Below are positions 39,501 through 52,236 of a DNA stretch of 55,968 bases, piece by piece; positions within the stretch are counted from its first letter, which is position 1, and each line of letters opens with the position of its first letter. Source of the stretch: Seison nebaliae (lineage: Eukaryota); contig JALJEE010000455.1 in assembly GCA_023231475.1 (NCBI GenBank), positions 1 to 55,968 on the forward strand, in the 5' to 3' direction. The notes under the pieces are model-generated. The model worked only from the letters and a program-made list of their open reading frames with translations, was not told where the DNA came from and ran no database searches. Position numbers and translations under genes: made by a program.

Positions 39501-42500
39501 TCTCATCGTTCGCAACACGAAAATTCCCTGCCCAACTAATGAAGTGAACTAAAACAATAAGAATCGTTAGGATAAGCAATATATTTAAAATACTTAATTT
39601 CAATAAATTGTCATAATATGGAGAGAATGGTGCACATATAATCGGACAGTTAGAGATATGCCTTGAGAGGAAAATTTTGTTCCTAAAATTCGTTTCGAAG
39701 ATAATAATGAAGAATCTTCATTGAAAATATTAACAATAAAATAGAAAATAAATTTTTATGAAAGATTTAGTTATTATATTTACGGAAATTATTTTCGTCA
39801 AAAATTGCCAGATACTCACTAATCATTCATTTAATTAAATCATTACACCTTAAAATTATAGGTATTCTTTCTCTTCTGAACTTTATTTAGACATCCACAT
39901 TTGATTAGAGAATAAGTGAGAAGTGTGAAAGAATCTTATGTTCAGATGATGATGTGAAGAGTTCCACTTGAGATTTTTCGATGATGCCAATCAGAAACAG
40001 GTTCTCTATATGAAAAGAATAAAAAGTCAGGACTATTGAATGAGTTTTATGTAAAGAATATGTTTTTGAAAAATGTTGAAAATCGATGGTGAAAGTGTAA
40101 CGGAAATCGTTCTAAATTCGATTTAATAGAATGTTCCTCGAAAGTTAATTTATAGAGCTGATGTATGAACAATATAATTGGTAAACGATTACCTTCCACA
40201 ATTTCCTTATCCGATCATTAAATGAATATTTCTCTATTGCGATTATCTATTATATTGCAATGCTGCTTTACATTACAATTCAGTTGTCTTCCTTTCCTCC
40301 CTAATAGTTTCTCCATCATATATCATTCTCGTCAACTATTAGTTGAACTAATATTTATTCAATATCTTCCTTTCAATAACAGAAAAGCGACGTTCTAATT
40401 TTATTTCATTCATTTTAGAACTGTTTCATAATAATCATTTATTGATTTATTGGTTTAACGATAATGCAATTTGAGCGAATAAAGAAGAAAACGTATCGAA
40501 ACATTTTCTAATTCGGCAATTGGAACGAAGTGGAAAACGGCTCAATATCACTTAAATCAATCGACAGTATAGTTCACTTATCCTTAAAGCAAATTTGATA
40601 TATGTGACAATGAGTGGAAATAACGAATGTTAGTATCCGACTATATCTAATCTCTTGTGATACCCATTAGTTTGCTTCCATTCGATTTATCATAAAATTT
40701 CCGTTTTTACAATTTGATTTTCATTTACAATAATGATTATTGAATAATCTTCGACAATAATCTAATTTGCATATAATGTCAATTGTGTCATTCATTTGGA
40801 TATTGATCTTTGTTGTAAAATGAACGTGGAATATTCTCTTCCTCTTCTTCTCCACCACTACTACTAATATCGAATACATGGGAATTCATTCGATTGATCA
40901 TGTTATGTAATGGCTTTCCTCCGCTTATTTATTTAATTCTTTTGAGAGAAATGAGATTTGATAATCGATTATTCTGTTTTTCCAATTAAACATACCTCCT
41001 TTCTCTCGTTTGAAAAGAACGTTAAATTTGAGAGAACTAAAAATTTCTTTTTCAAAATAAATGTGAGATGGTTTGTGCATTCTTTGCTGCATATTCTGTA
41101 AATATGTTGAAATGATTCGTTCGAGTGCAACAGGAAGATATTAAAAGAATGATTTTTAGAAATAAGTTGGTTTGTTTTGTCTTACAAATGCAGCTGGCAG
41201 ATTTATTGGTAGGAATAAGTGAATAAAAGAAACTGATAAATTTTATTATTTTAGTCTTTGTGCAGTTTCCTTTCTTCTTTCTCGTCTTGTTGACACTATT
41301 CATAATTGAATAAGAAATGACATCAATGATCAAGAGAAAAAGAAGAGGATTGATGACATGTCTCCGTTACGGGCGAAGTATCAATCTGATAGGAAATTGA
41401 AATTGTGTCATTACCATCGTTTGAGTTCGAATGAAGAAAGATTGAAGACAAAAAACTTTCCCTCATCATTCCTCTTATACAATTATTTTTCTTATTATTT
41501 CTTCCTCCAAAAAATTATTGTATTATGTTGAGAATTAATCAATTTTTATTGATATTGGTTATGTAATCTTTGACCGTTTGATTCATATCAGAATTTCAAT
41601 TCAATATGGAAAACAATGATTGAGAAGGAGTACACAAATATTCGTTCATCATTCAATCACCATCAAACAATGACTAGAAATCATTCGGAAATTTGCCATC
41701 TGTTTTAATCATCACTAATCTGATTGTGCATAAATGATATGGAGCTAGGGAGTATCGGATCGTTATTCATCCTAGTTCTCTTCTCTTGTTGATCTATTAT
41801 TCAGAGATATCCTTTATCTATTTCCATCTATTCTGTCCATTACCAATTATGATTATGTAATAGCATATTAAAATAGAACCGTGCGCAAAAATTAAGATTG
41901 AACAAAAAAATTGATTAAATAAATAGATATTCATCTGTCTAATTCAGACGATATTAATACAGCTTCAATGTGGAACATATGAAAATTTAATAAATAAAAT
42001 CTTATATCGATCAGTTAAAATGAAATGGTGAAGTCAGATGAAATGTGGAGAAAATGTTCTTTCCACATTTTTATAGATGTTGCCATTAGGACATTTCATA
42101 ATAATAGTTCGAACCATTTATATTGAAGGAGTAATCGTAAGCACTCAAGATAATGAGATTGACAAAATTGAAGGAGAATTTGTAAATTCTTTTAAATTAA
42201 ACGGATTATGTTCAACTGAATTAGATTAATATCATTTATAATTATAATACTTCTCCACCATTCATTCATTCATTCATTCATGTGTTGGGGAGGTATTTTT
42301 AATAAAAAATTTTGGGAGCGGTGTAAGGTGTTTTTTTAGATATTTGGATTTGGAATAAATATGATTCATAATTTTTTAATTAATTCTATTATTAATTATG
42401 AGAAGAAAGAAGGACTGATGAGAAAGGTGGGAAATGTGATATTAAGATGAAAAAAAGAATTTGGATGAACCGTTTCATTCCAACTAATCGTCAAATGATA

Positions 42501-43651
42501 AGTAAATGTAATAGTATTTATATGACAAAAAGAAGAAAGGTTGGAAGTTATTATTGAATTTATAGACAGAAGTTTGAAGATGCACTTATGTCATCATCGA
42601 ATGTTCATTCAGCCTACGTCCTTACTACCTATCAACAGGTTTACTTCGATTTTTACATCGCCCATTCTTCTCCAGCAATATCTGTTGAAAGGATGATGAT
42701 TATTAAATAATATTTCAATTAAATTTGGACTCCTCGTCTTCACTTCATTTCGAACAGTGGCACTTTTGCTTTCTGGTAGAGAAATATCAAAAAAAAAATT
42801 AAAATTTTTCTTTTTTACCTCTTTGCTTCTCCACTTCCAACAATATTCCTCTCTCAATCAAATCTTCTCAATTTAATTGCTGCTTATTGGAGAATTGTGA
42901 TGATGTGTAATCGTTTACGTGAAACAATTTTTTCTTTTTCAAATTATTTTTTGTGACTAATTGATGGAAAGGTTAAAGATGTGCTTATGGTATCATGTAC
43001 AGATGCTGTTATCATCTGCTTAAGTTATTCTCAGGAATTCCAGAAGGTAATATTCTTGAATGGTTCATAAAAATTAGAAAAATGAATCGATAACATTTTC
43101 CTTGTCGTCTTTGTCATTAATTTCTTTCTTGATTAAGTTGATTTAGTAAAAAAGAATTTTCTGGTAATTATTAGTCCTTAAATAATTTTGCATGTTATGG
43201 AAAGCGTCGTTGAAGGATTTCTCCGATATTCTTATATATCCACTAACTAAGATTTCACTAATGATGAGATCATAAGATATTATATATGCCACTTAACAAA
43301 ATAAACGATAGAAATAAATTAGTTGTATAATAAATGGCTGATGTTGAAAAAAAGAAATTCGTTCATGATTCATTCATCATTACATATGTAAAATAGTAGA
43401 TATTTAAAATAATCGTCAACAATGCTAGATGTAATAAGAATTTGAAAAGATATATTGGAACCATCTTTGAGCAATAAGATTTAGATATGCTTATGAATAG
43501 GAAGGAATGCTTTTGAATTTTCTTTCTTCTTAAATTAATTCTATTTCATATATCTCCTGCTATTATTGTTATATGAATCACTAATTCATACTTAATATGC
43601 ATATCATCATCACCATCATCATTTACATCATTCTCTCTAATATCATCGTCC

Positions 43652-46600
43652 ATGCACATGATTATATGGATACATGAAAAGAAATTAATTCATTTTTCTT
43701 TTATCAAATTATTCTTAGCTTCTTCTGGTGAGCAGCAAGGCCATTATATTCGACGTCCGTCAATAAGAACCCAACGCAAAAGTTCTTCTATACCCCAACA
43801 TTCTGATAATACATTAAGAAATGTGAAACATCCTGAAGTCACTAGGAGATTAACCAATATTAATTTACCTTTAACTAACCACCAATCTTTGAGTAATCAA
43901 CCATCGTCATTTAACAATGTTGATCTATTAAATTATTATTATTGGTATTATGTTCAGTTAAATCAGTCGAATGTTTATCGATCATCAATAGTGCAACAAC
44001 AACAACAACAACAACAGCAACAACATCGTCATCAACAACATGAAAATTTAAAGAATCAAATTAATCTATTTCAACAATATCAACAGCAACAACAACAACA
44101 AAAGCAACAACAATATAATAAACAACATCACAAACAACAACAGCAACATAAGCAAAAATCGTTATTGCAACCGGAAGTTGAGGAGAGTCAAACCATTTCG
44201 AAACGACGTCAATCTACAATCGATAATAGCAGATTGTCGAAGAAGACAAATATAGGAAATACTTCAAACGTCGATACTTTAGAAGAATTGAGAGCACTAA
44301 ATCCATTTTGTGATTTATCTTTTCTGCCTAAATCATCAATCTCCACCAACAACTTCCAATCATCGACCATTAACGATGGATTGGAATCTAATACATCATC
44401 AGCAATTGGCCATAATTTGAGAAATGTAGTTGCTAATGCCGTTCGTTCCCGATTCAATGTAACTAATAAACAAACATCAGCTGACGTTGAAGTGCCGAGA
44501 AAGTCGAAATTTAAGCAGCTTGCTTCAAAACACATCATTCAGTCGAAACCATTTAAAGAGAAGACTGATCTATTTTCATTGACTAAAGTGCTAACGAAAA
44601 AGAATGAATCGTCAGGACGACACCAACACGAGAAGGATATTTGTTTGGAGAAGAAAGAAACGAATTTCTCATCGAGTTGTCTAAAATCAACTTCACTCAC
44701 TAATTTAAAGAGGAAAAGTATTAATTTATTATCTGCTCCGTTTAGTGCCGTATCGTCAAAACGTCAACCAATCTCATCTTCTTTGTTCGCCCTCGCGTTC
44801 CATAAACAATCGGAGGACAATTTATTTTTAAAGAATAATGATACTCTAAAATTCGGTCGTTCTCTATCCTCTGGTCATTTACGTCAGAACTTTTGTGATC
44901 AGCCGAACAATAGTGAATTTACAAGAAAATTATTTGATTCGACTCTATTACGTACCTCCAATTCCCAAGTTGAAAGAGGTGTCGATACGAATTTGGGAGT
45001 AACACGTTTAGGTAATGTTATGCGTAAAGCAAGATTAAAATATCTAAAGAAAACGAATTCAAACTCGAAAAATTCTTCGGTTGAAAAACAATTTCAAATT
45101 GAAGAAAGGTCTCGTAATGTTCCACTAATTCGAATTACATCAGTTGGTCGTAATAGTTTTGATCAGACTTCCCATAATGAGAAAATTCATGAAAACGAAG
45201 AAAACAGAAGAAGAAGAATATCAACAGCCCGATGCGATTCAGATGATACAGAAAGTTTATTGAATATTTCAGATAAAGATAATTTGTCGAACGATTTTAC
45301 AAGTAAAGAAAAGATTATAAAGAAGAATTCATTTGAAGCTCGCAATATATTCAAGAAATCCATACGAAATGCTTTAACAGCCAAAGCATTTGCACGACGG
45401 ATTTCAAATGATTCGATAATAACAAATTCATCATTATCAGCCTCATCCGTCACCAGAGTTACCAGGAATAGTCAATCAACAAATTTTCGTAATTCCAACA
45501 ATGTAAATGAACAATTTTCGCAGTTGTTGCTAAATGAACCGGAGGAGAATAAGAAAGATGGTTGGCTAGTTTTTATTATTATTCTTTACTTTTCATGTTT
45601 GCATTCTCTTAATTACTATACTACTCTCTTTCATTACAAACCCTTTAGAACTTCATTGAACTTATTTTTCTCATTTAATTGTTATGTAACATGATATGCA
45701 AGAATGCTGATAATTCCCGTAAATGATAATCATCATCATTCTTCTATTAATAAAGTTAATCGACATTACCATCCATAAATGATGTTCATCATCTTCAATT
45801 GACTATATTAGAATAATTGTATTGGATAGTCGATTAGGTAGATGTTTTCATTTACAGGTTTTTATTAAGTTACGTCTAAGCCAACAGCGTTTTATTTTTC
45901 AGTCGGTAAATAATTTGATGATTATATGGAAAGTTGGAAATGAACAAAAGAAATTTTATTGAAAACATCTACAAAAAGAGTGCACAGAATATCGATGAAT
46001 TTTAGTTATTATGAAAGTAAATATTAATTATTCGATTTATTCTCACAGTCAGATGGAAAAGAATTTTCCATTTATTTATCATCCTATCTAATTCTCTTCT
46101 AACATTTCTTATTCAGATATTATGAAGGAAGCGGATGACTTGGAACAAAAATATGACGATCCATCATTACTGAAAGTGCCATACAATGGAAATGAACATA
46201 GAAATTCTCGAAAATTATCGTTGCTCGGTCGACCACTAACAACTAAAACTGAAAAAAAATTTTTGGGTCTCTCTTTCAAAAATACTAATCGTTCTATGGA
46301 CTACCGAACATATCAGAGTGAAGTTTATAATTTTCTTGAGAGGCCCAATTCATTTCGTGCAATTTTCTACCATATTTTTGTGTTAGTATAAATTTCATCA
46401 GATCGTCGTTTGATCCTAAACTTTTCAAGATTTACCACTGTCTTCTTCTGCTTATTGATGAGTGTGCTAGCTACTGTTCCGCAATATGAATCTCAAGCAA
46501 GTAAAGTATTAATGATATCGGTTAGTGATCCTGTCCTTATCAAAATCAAGAATTGTGTCTTTAAATAATGTTTCATTAATTCGGATAGGAAGCATTAGTT

Positions 46601-49600
46601 ATGTTTTGGTTAACTATTGAACTTGCGCTTCGTATCTGGAGTGCAGGTTGTCGATCTAGATATCAAACTATTTGGGGGCGATTACGTTTTATTCGGAATC
46701 CTTTCTGCTTATTAGGTTGGAATTAATGATAATTTCATCATTCTAATCGGACGATGTCATAATATTCTTTCATTAAATTTTTGAACTTTTTTCTATTGAA
46801 GATATTTTGGTTATATGTGCATCTTGTATTACCATTGGTTTACATGTTGACGAATTTAATCAAGTTTATGAGCATCGTAAAAATACGAATCAATCTATTG
46901 ACACTGTAAATGAGACCATGTCACCATTACGTCTATTAAGGAGTATTGCAATAAATAATTCAATGAATACAACTCCATCAGTTATACCTGCTACAACATC
47001 AATGAGTATTACTACTGGGAAAGTATTCGCTGCATCTGCCTTACGTGGATTGAGATTTTTCCAGATTCTTCGAATGCTACGCATGGATCGGAAAGGTGGT
47101 ACTTGGAAATTATTAGCATCAGTTGTCTGGGCTCATAGACAAGTTGATATTCTTCTTATTAAAAGTAACCATCAATCTATTTCATTAAATTAATAAGTAA
47201 ATTCATTAAATTATTTCGAATTATTTATCTAATTATTATTCTTCTCCTTATTTTGTAACAGGAATTAATGACAAATGTCTATATTGGATTCCTTTGTCTG
47301 ATATTTTCATCATTTCTCATGTATCTGGTGGAGAAGGATCTGAATCCACGTATCAATTCTTATGCAGATGCTCTATGGTGGGGAATAGTTTATTTTGTAT
47401 TTACTTCTTTCAGTATGACTCATTTCTTCCTACACAGGTTACATTATGTACCGTTGGTTATGGTGACGTGGTACCAGTGACATGGTTTGGAAAAGTAATT
47501 GCTGCTCTATCTGCACTATTCGGTATCTCATTTTATGCATTACCAGCTGGAATACTCGGTTCCGGTTTCGCCTTAAAAGTTCAACAACAACAACGACAGA
47601 AACATTTAATACGACGTCGTATTCCAGCGGCGGCTCTAATTCAGTCATTATGGAGGTTTATTTATTCAATTTTAAATATTCTTATACTGCAACAAATGTT
47701 AAGATGCTATGCGGCTGATAAAAATTCGAAAAGTTTAGCTACCTGGAAAATTCATGTGAAGAAAATGGAAGATGAAACACAATTCGATCCTTATACAACA
47801 ATGAATTCGAATAATCCATGTGATGGAGCATATCCATTTAATGATGGAGTTGTTTATAATGGATTGCCATTCTTTCCTTTTCAAACAACTACAGCCAATG
47901 CTACACCGGTATCGAATAATGATGGTAAAGCTGCCGGTAACGCCGCAAGTGTCTTGATGAATAAAATATCATCAACTGCATCAACTAGATTCAAATCATT
48001 CGCAAATGATATCACTTCAACCTTATTGACTAATCAACAGAAAAACGGAAAATTTAGTGGTGAAACCGAAACTAAATTTTGTGATAGTTATGCCAACTTC
48101 TCTAAAGAATCATCACTTGTTAGTCTTGGTGACGGTTATCGGAAATCTGGCACATCAACCAATGATTTTTTTTCTTCTATTAATCGGCCATATCCTAAAA
48201 AAAAAAAAACGAGAATACCTTCACCTTACGATCGGAATAAATCATTGAAGTTCAAGAATATAACAACAACAATGAAAAAAGGTTTTCGACACTCTGAAAA
48301 ACTTCCATTGAGCGACTCGTTTATCGGAAGAGAAGAAATTCCTGATGAGAAAAAAAGGAATAATGTACCTGAGAATATTAGCAAAACTAATTCGACAGAT
48401 TCGAATAAGAATGATAATCTTATAGAGAATTCTTCATATACGAAAATGAAACAGAATATCTCTCCGAAAATCCGTTCGAGAAAACTTAACAAAAGAATGA
48501 CGATTGCTTCATTTGCTTCGAAAAAACTGAAAAATGTTCAAATTAGACGACGTTTATCAGAAACTGATTTATTTCGATCATTCCCATTGAAAGAACCTTC
48601 AGATGAATGTGACAGTAATATTTTACAATCGATTCAGTCATCTACTAACCATCAGCCTTCCATTAATAATATGAGTAAGCCCTTAGCACGATTAGGTATC
48701 GATCTGGCATTAACTCCCATTTTAAGAGGAGCAAGATCAGATGATGTAGATTCCAAACATATAACTTCCATGTTAACTTATTCACCCAATATTGCTACAA
48801 GTATTTTTAACAATCCCAATTCTTTTGCAAATCCATCAACATCTATCGGTCCAACATTATTCGCGTTAAATGAAACTCACAAAACAGCAATTCGAGCAAT
48901 AAGGAAAATCAAGTATTTTGTTGCGAGAAGAAAGTTTCGAGAGGCATTGAAACCATATGATGTGAAAGATGTCATCGAACAATATTCGAGTGGTCATCTC
49001 GATATGTTGAGCCGTGTGAAAATACTACAAAATCGGTTGGAAAATCTTATTTGAGCTATTTTCCAACAAATAATGTTTCTTTTAAATATTAGATTAGATG
49101 CAATTTTGGGAAAAGAGAAAGTGAAAGAAACGTTGAAAGATCATACGTCGTTAGCGACTAGAATCATCAGAATAGAAGATAAATTACAGAATATTGATAT
49201 GGTCATTGATGAGTTCAAAGTCAATTCTCAACAAGATCAAAATATGTTATTACAATCCATCGAATCTATAAAAGATTTATTAAAAAATCAATCAGGTCAA
49301 ACTAATCCATCATCATCAAAACATAATCACAACATCAACAACAATAACAACGACAATTCATCAACTGGACAACAACAACAACAACAACAAACTTTTCCAT
49401 TTCTATTTCAACAACAACAACAATCTCATTCACATCTTTTCAATCCTTTAGATCAACAACAACAACAAATATTTCATCGACATCATCATCCATTACACCC
49501 CATCCAGCAACAACAACAACAACAACAATCACAACAAATCTCTAATGATCAATTGCCACCCCTAACACCTCATTTCTTACAATTTCTTCAATATATGCAG

Positions 49601-49762
49601 CAAAATCAACATGATAATAAGCCTTTACCTAAAACTTCTCTTTCGGACTCATCTCCGTTACTTCGAAAGCAACTTGATCCGACATCATCCGGTGATCAGA
49701 TGAATCGACGAAAATCGTCCAATCCAGCACCATATCGTCGTTCGCCAACTTTCGATAAATGA
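43652..49762 (+). CDS. KCNQ: KCNQ (Kv7) voltage-gated potassium channel, multi-exon
   Basis: Motifs [20 protein letters not shown]4 [26 protein letters not shown], pore [29 protein letters not shown], helix A LIQSLWR and [28 protein letters not shown]. Introns: 45561-46116, 46382-46429, 46521-46588, 46716-46801, 47143-47261, 47388-47437, 47656-47703, 49036-49092. The true start is uncertain because there is an acceptor-like TTAG at 43718. Confidence 0.95.
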
Positions 49763-50092
49763 TCTGGTCTATCGATCATTTGTCGACATTCTTTTTTTCA
49801 ATATTCTTTTTTATTTTTTTCAAAAAATTTCATTTCTCCCGCAAACCAATTTTATCTAGTTAATCACAGATTATATACATTTACATCACACTATTTATTA
49901 TACTCGATGATATTTCTGATAAAAAAAACATTAAATAAATAATAAAATTGACCAATTAATAATAAAATGGAATAATAGAATTGTCGAATTTACAACGAAA
50001 TAATGAATGGGGAAATTGGAATAAAATGAATTTATAAAATAAATTTATAAAATGAGATCAGAACATGTTTCGAATGTGTTATCATAAATCAA

Positions 50093-52155
50093 TTACCATA
50101 TTGTCTAAAGAAAAGAAACAGAAGAGAAATGATTATACGAAAACTTTACCACTAACAGTATCATTTAGTAGTTCGATAGCAAGAGCTTTTTCTTCTTCAT
50201 TTAATCTTGTCATATAACTTTGTAATATGCTCTTCCTTTTTAATTGTTTCGAACACTGAAAGATAATTTTATAGAAATATAGATATTTCTATTATATATG
50301 AAACTCATAAATACGAATTGAAACTTGGATTACAATTGTATTTCTTTTCATATCGACTGCTAATTGTCCTCGTTGTTCCATATCAGCAATATTCAGGAGA
50401 CATTTATCAATCAATCGGTTAGGAGCATCATAACGATACAATTCTTCACTTATTCGCTCCCATGAGAGAGCTATGGAATCCTTATGATTTTCATGTTTCT
50501 CCTGAGAAATTGCTTGATTGAATTTAACAACATTTTTCAATTTATTCGATAACAAATTAAATTTGCTCGACGTTGTCGTTTGTTTAACGACGGTGGTTAT
50601 ATTATCAATTAATTTTTGGAATGTCGTTGGTCGATTAAGTTTAATTAACTCTTCCACTCTCTCCCAATTACCGGAAATAATGGTGGATCGAAGTAAAGAC
50701 CAATGAAAGAGTTCTTTAGGAATGTTAAACTCTTTCCGAACCATATCAATTTGTAGAAAAGTGTGTTGATGCTCGTCGATGTATTCTTGTTGATCGATAC
50801 ATCTAAGGAAAGTTTCCGTCAATGAACCAAAGAAACAACGAGCTTGTTTATCTAAATAATTTTCCATCATTAGTTGATATTGCCATAACCGATTAAAATT
50901 ATCTAATTGATTGATCAATTCTTGATCTTCTTGACGAATCCTCAAAAGAGTTTTGATGGTGGAGAAATCTCTATATAGAAATAAAATTTTAAAGAAATAA
51001 AATGAGGATGTATGATGGAATAAACTTAACGATTCGTTCGCTGATTTGGACAATTTGTTGGAACATTCGAATATTGACACGAATTAATTTCAATTCTTTC
51101 ATCAAGAAACGTTGATGAAGAATCTGATTCTTCTGTGCTAAATATTTCGAGAAGAAGATATTGTTTAATGAGAATTGATTATTAGAATAAACAGAATTGA
51201 GAATTTCATTAATGATGAGTTGATGGAGGTATCGGGAGAGAGGGAATTTGAGAAGAATACATAACTCATAATAAAGTTTCATATCGTTGAGATCGAGTGA
51301 GAGATAATTCAAATAAATATTTATAGCAAATTGAATCGAATGAATAATTTTCCGATCTTCATTTGAATTAATTTTGATACATTTCATTTCCTCCTTTAAT
51401 TGGATACGATAATTATTTGGATATTTTACAAATGGTGAAGGTAATTGACAAATTCGTTTAATTAATTCAACAAATCCGAAAACATTCAATTTTTGAATTA
51501 GAAAAGTAAAAACGATTATTATACAATCACCATCCATCAATGATAGAACAGTGATCAATAATTGATTATAATCATTAAAATCTGAATATTGATCCAATGA
51601 ATATTTCTCACATCGAATAATACGTCGACATGTCTCCATTGTATCGTGGAAATAATTATTATCCAGAACTCTTCTCTCATTTGTTCGACTAATTGTTGTT
51701 GTTGACATTCGTGAATTGGAATCAACTTTTCCTGAAGATGAAATTCTCTTCATTTGATTATCAATTTCTCCTAACGATGTTCTTGTTATTGTTGTTGGTT
51801 CATTCATTTTTTTTCGAGTTATTGTTCGATTTCTATTCTCTTCATATTTCTTCAATTTCAAATTATCAATATGTTCCAATGTAATTGTTGATCGACGTTC
51901 ACTGGTAATTTCATCTTTATTATTATTCTTATTCTTATTGTTGTTGTTATTATTAATTATGGAATCATCTGATTTATTTTCACTCATAAAAGATGAATGA
52001 CCAGATGTCTGAGATTGGATATCTACCGAATGTGTTATGGAATATTTGTCAAAACAATTATCATCGAAAATTGCTGAAGCGAATTTTTTATTAGAAGTAG
52101 AAATCCAATAATTATCATCCTCGTCACCCTCATCTAAACATTTCTCGTCATTCAT
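50093..52155 (-). CDS. VIPAS39: Spermatogenesis-defective 39 / VPS33B-interacting protein (VIPAR, VPS16B) homolog
   Basis: The N-terminal GDEDDNYW...KF...FDD and TCRRIIRCEKYSLDQY...LL......DGDCIIIVFTFL match the SPE-39 family pattern as I recall it. Introns 50971-51025, 50256-50324 and 50105-50156 give the C-terminus ...ELLNDTTIW*. Confidence 0.8.
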
Positions 52156-52236
52156 TTTAAATTTCTGAAGGAAAAAAAGAAATAAATCTAAAATCAAAAA
52201 AAAATATATAAGAAAAATGTAAATCGTACAAATAGT

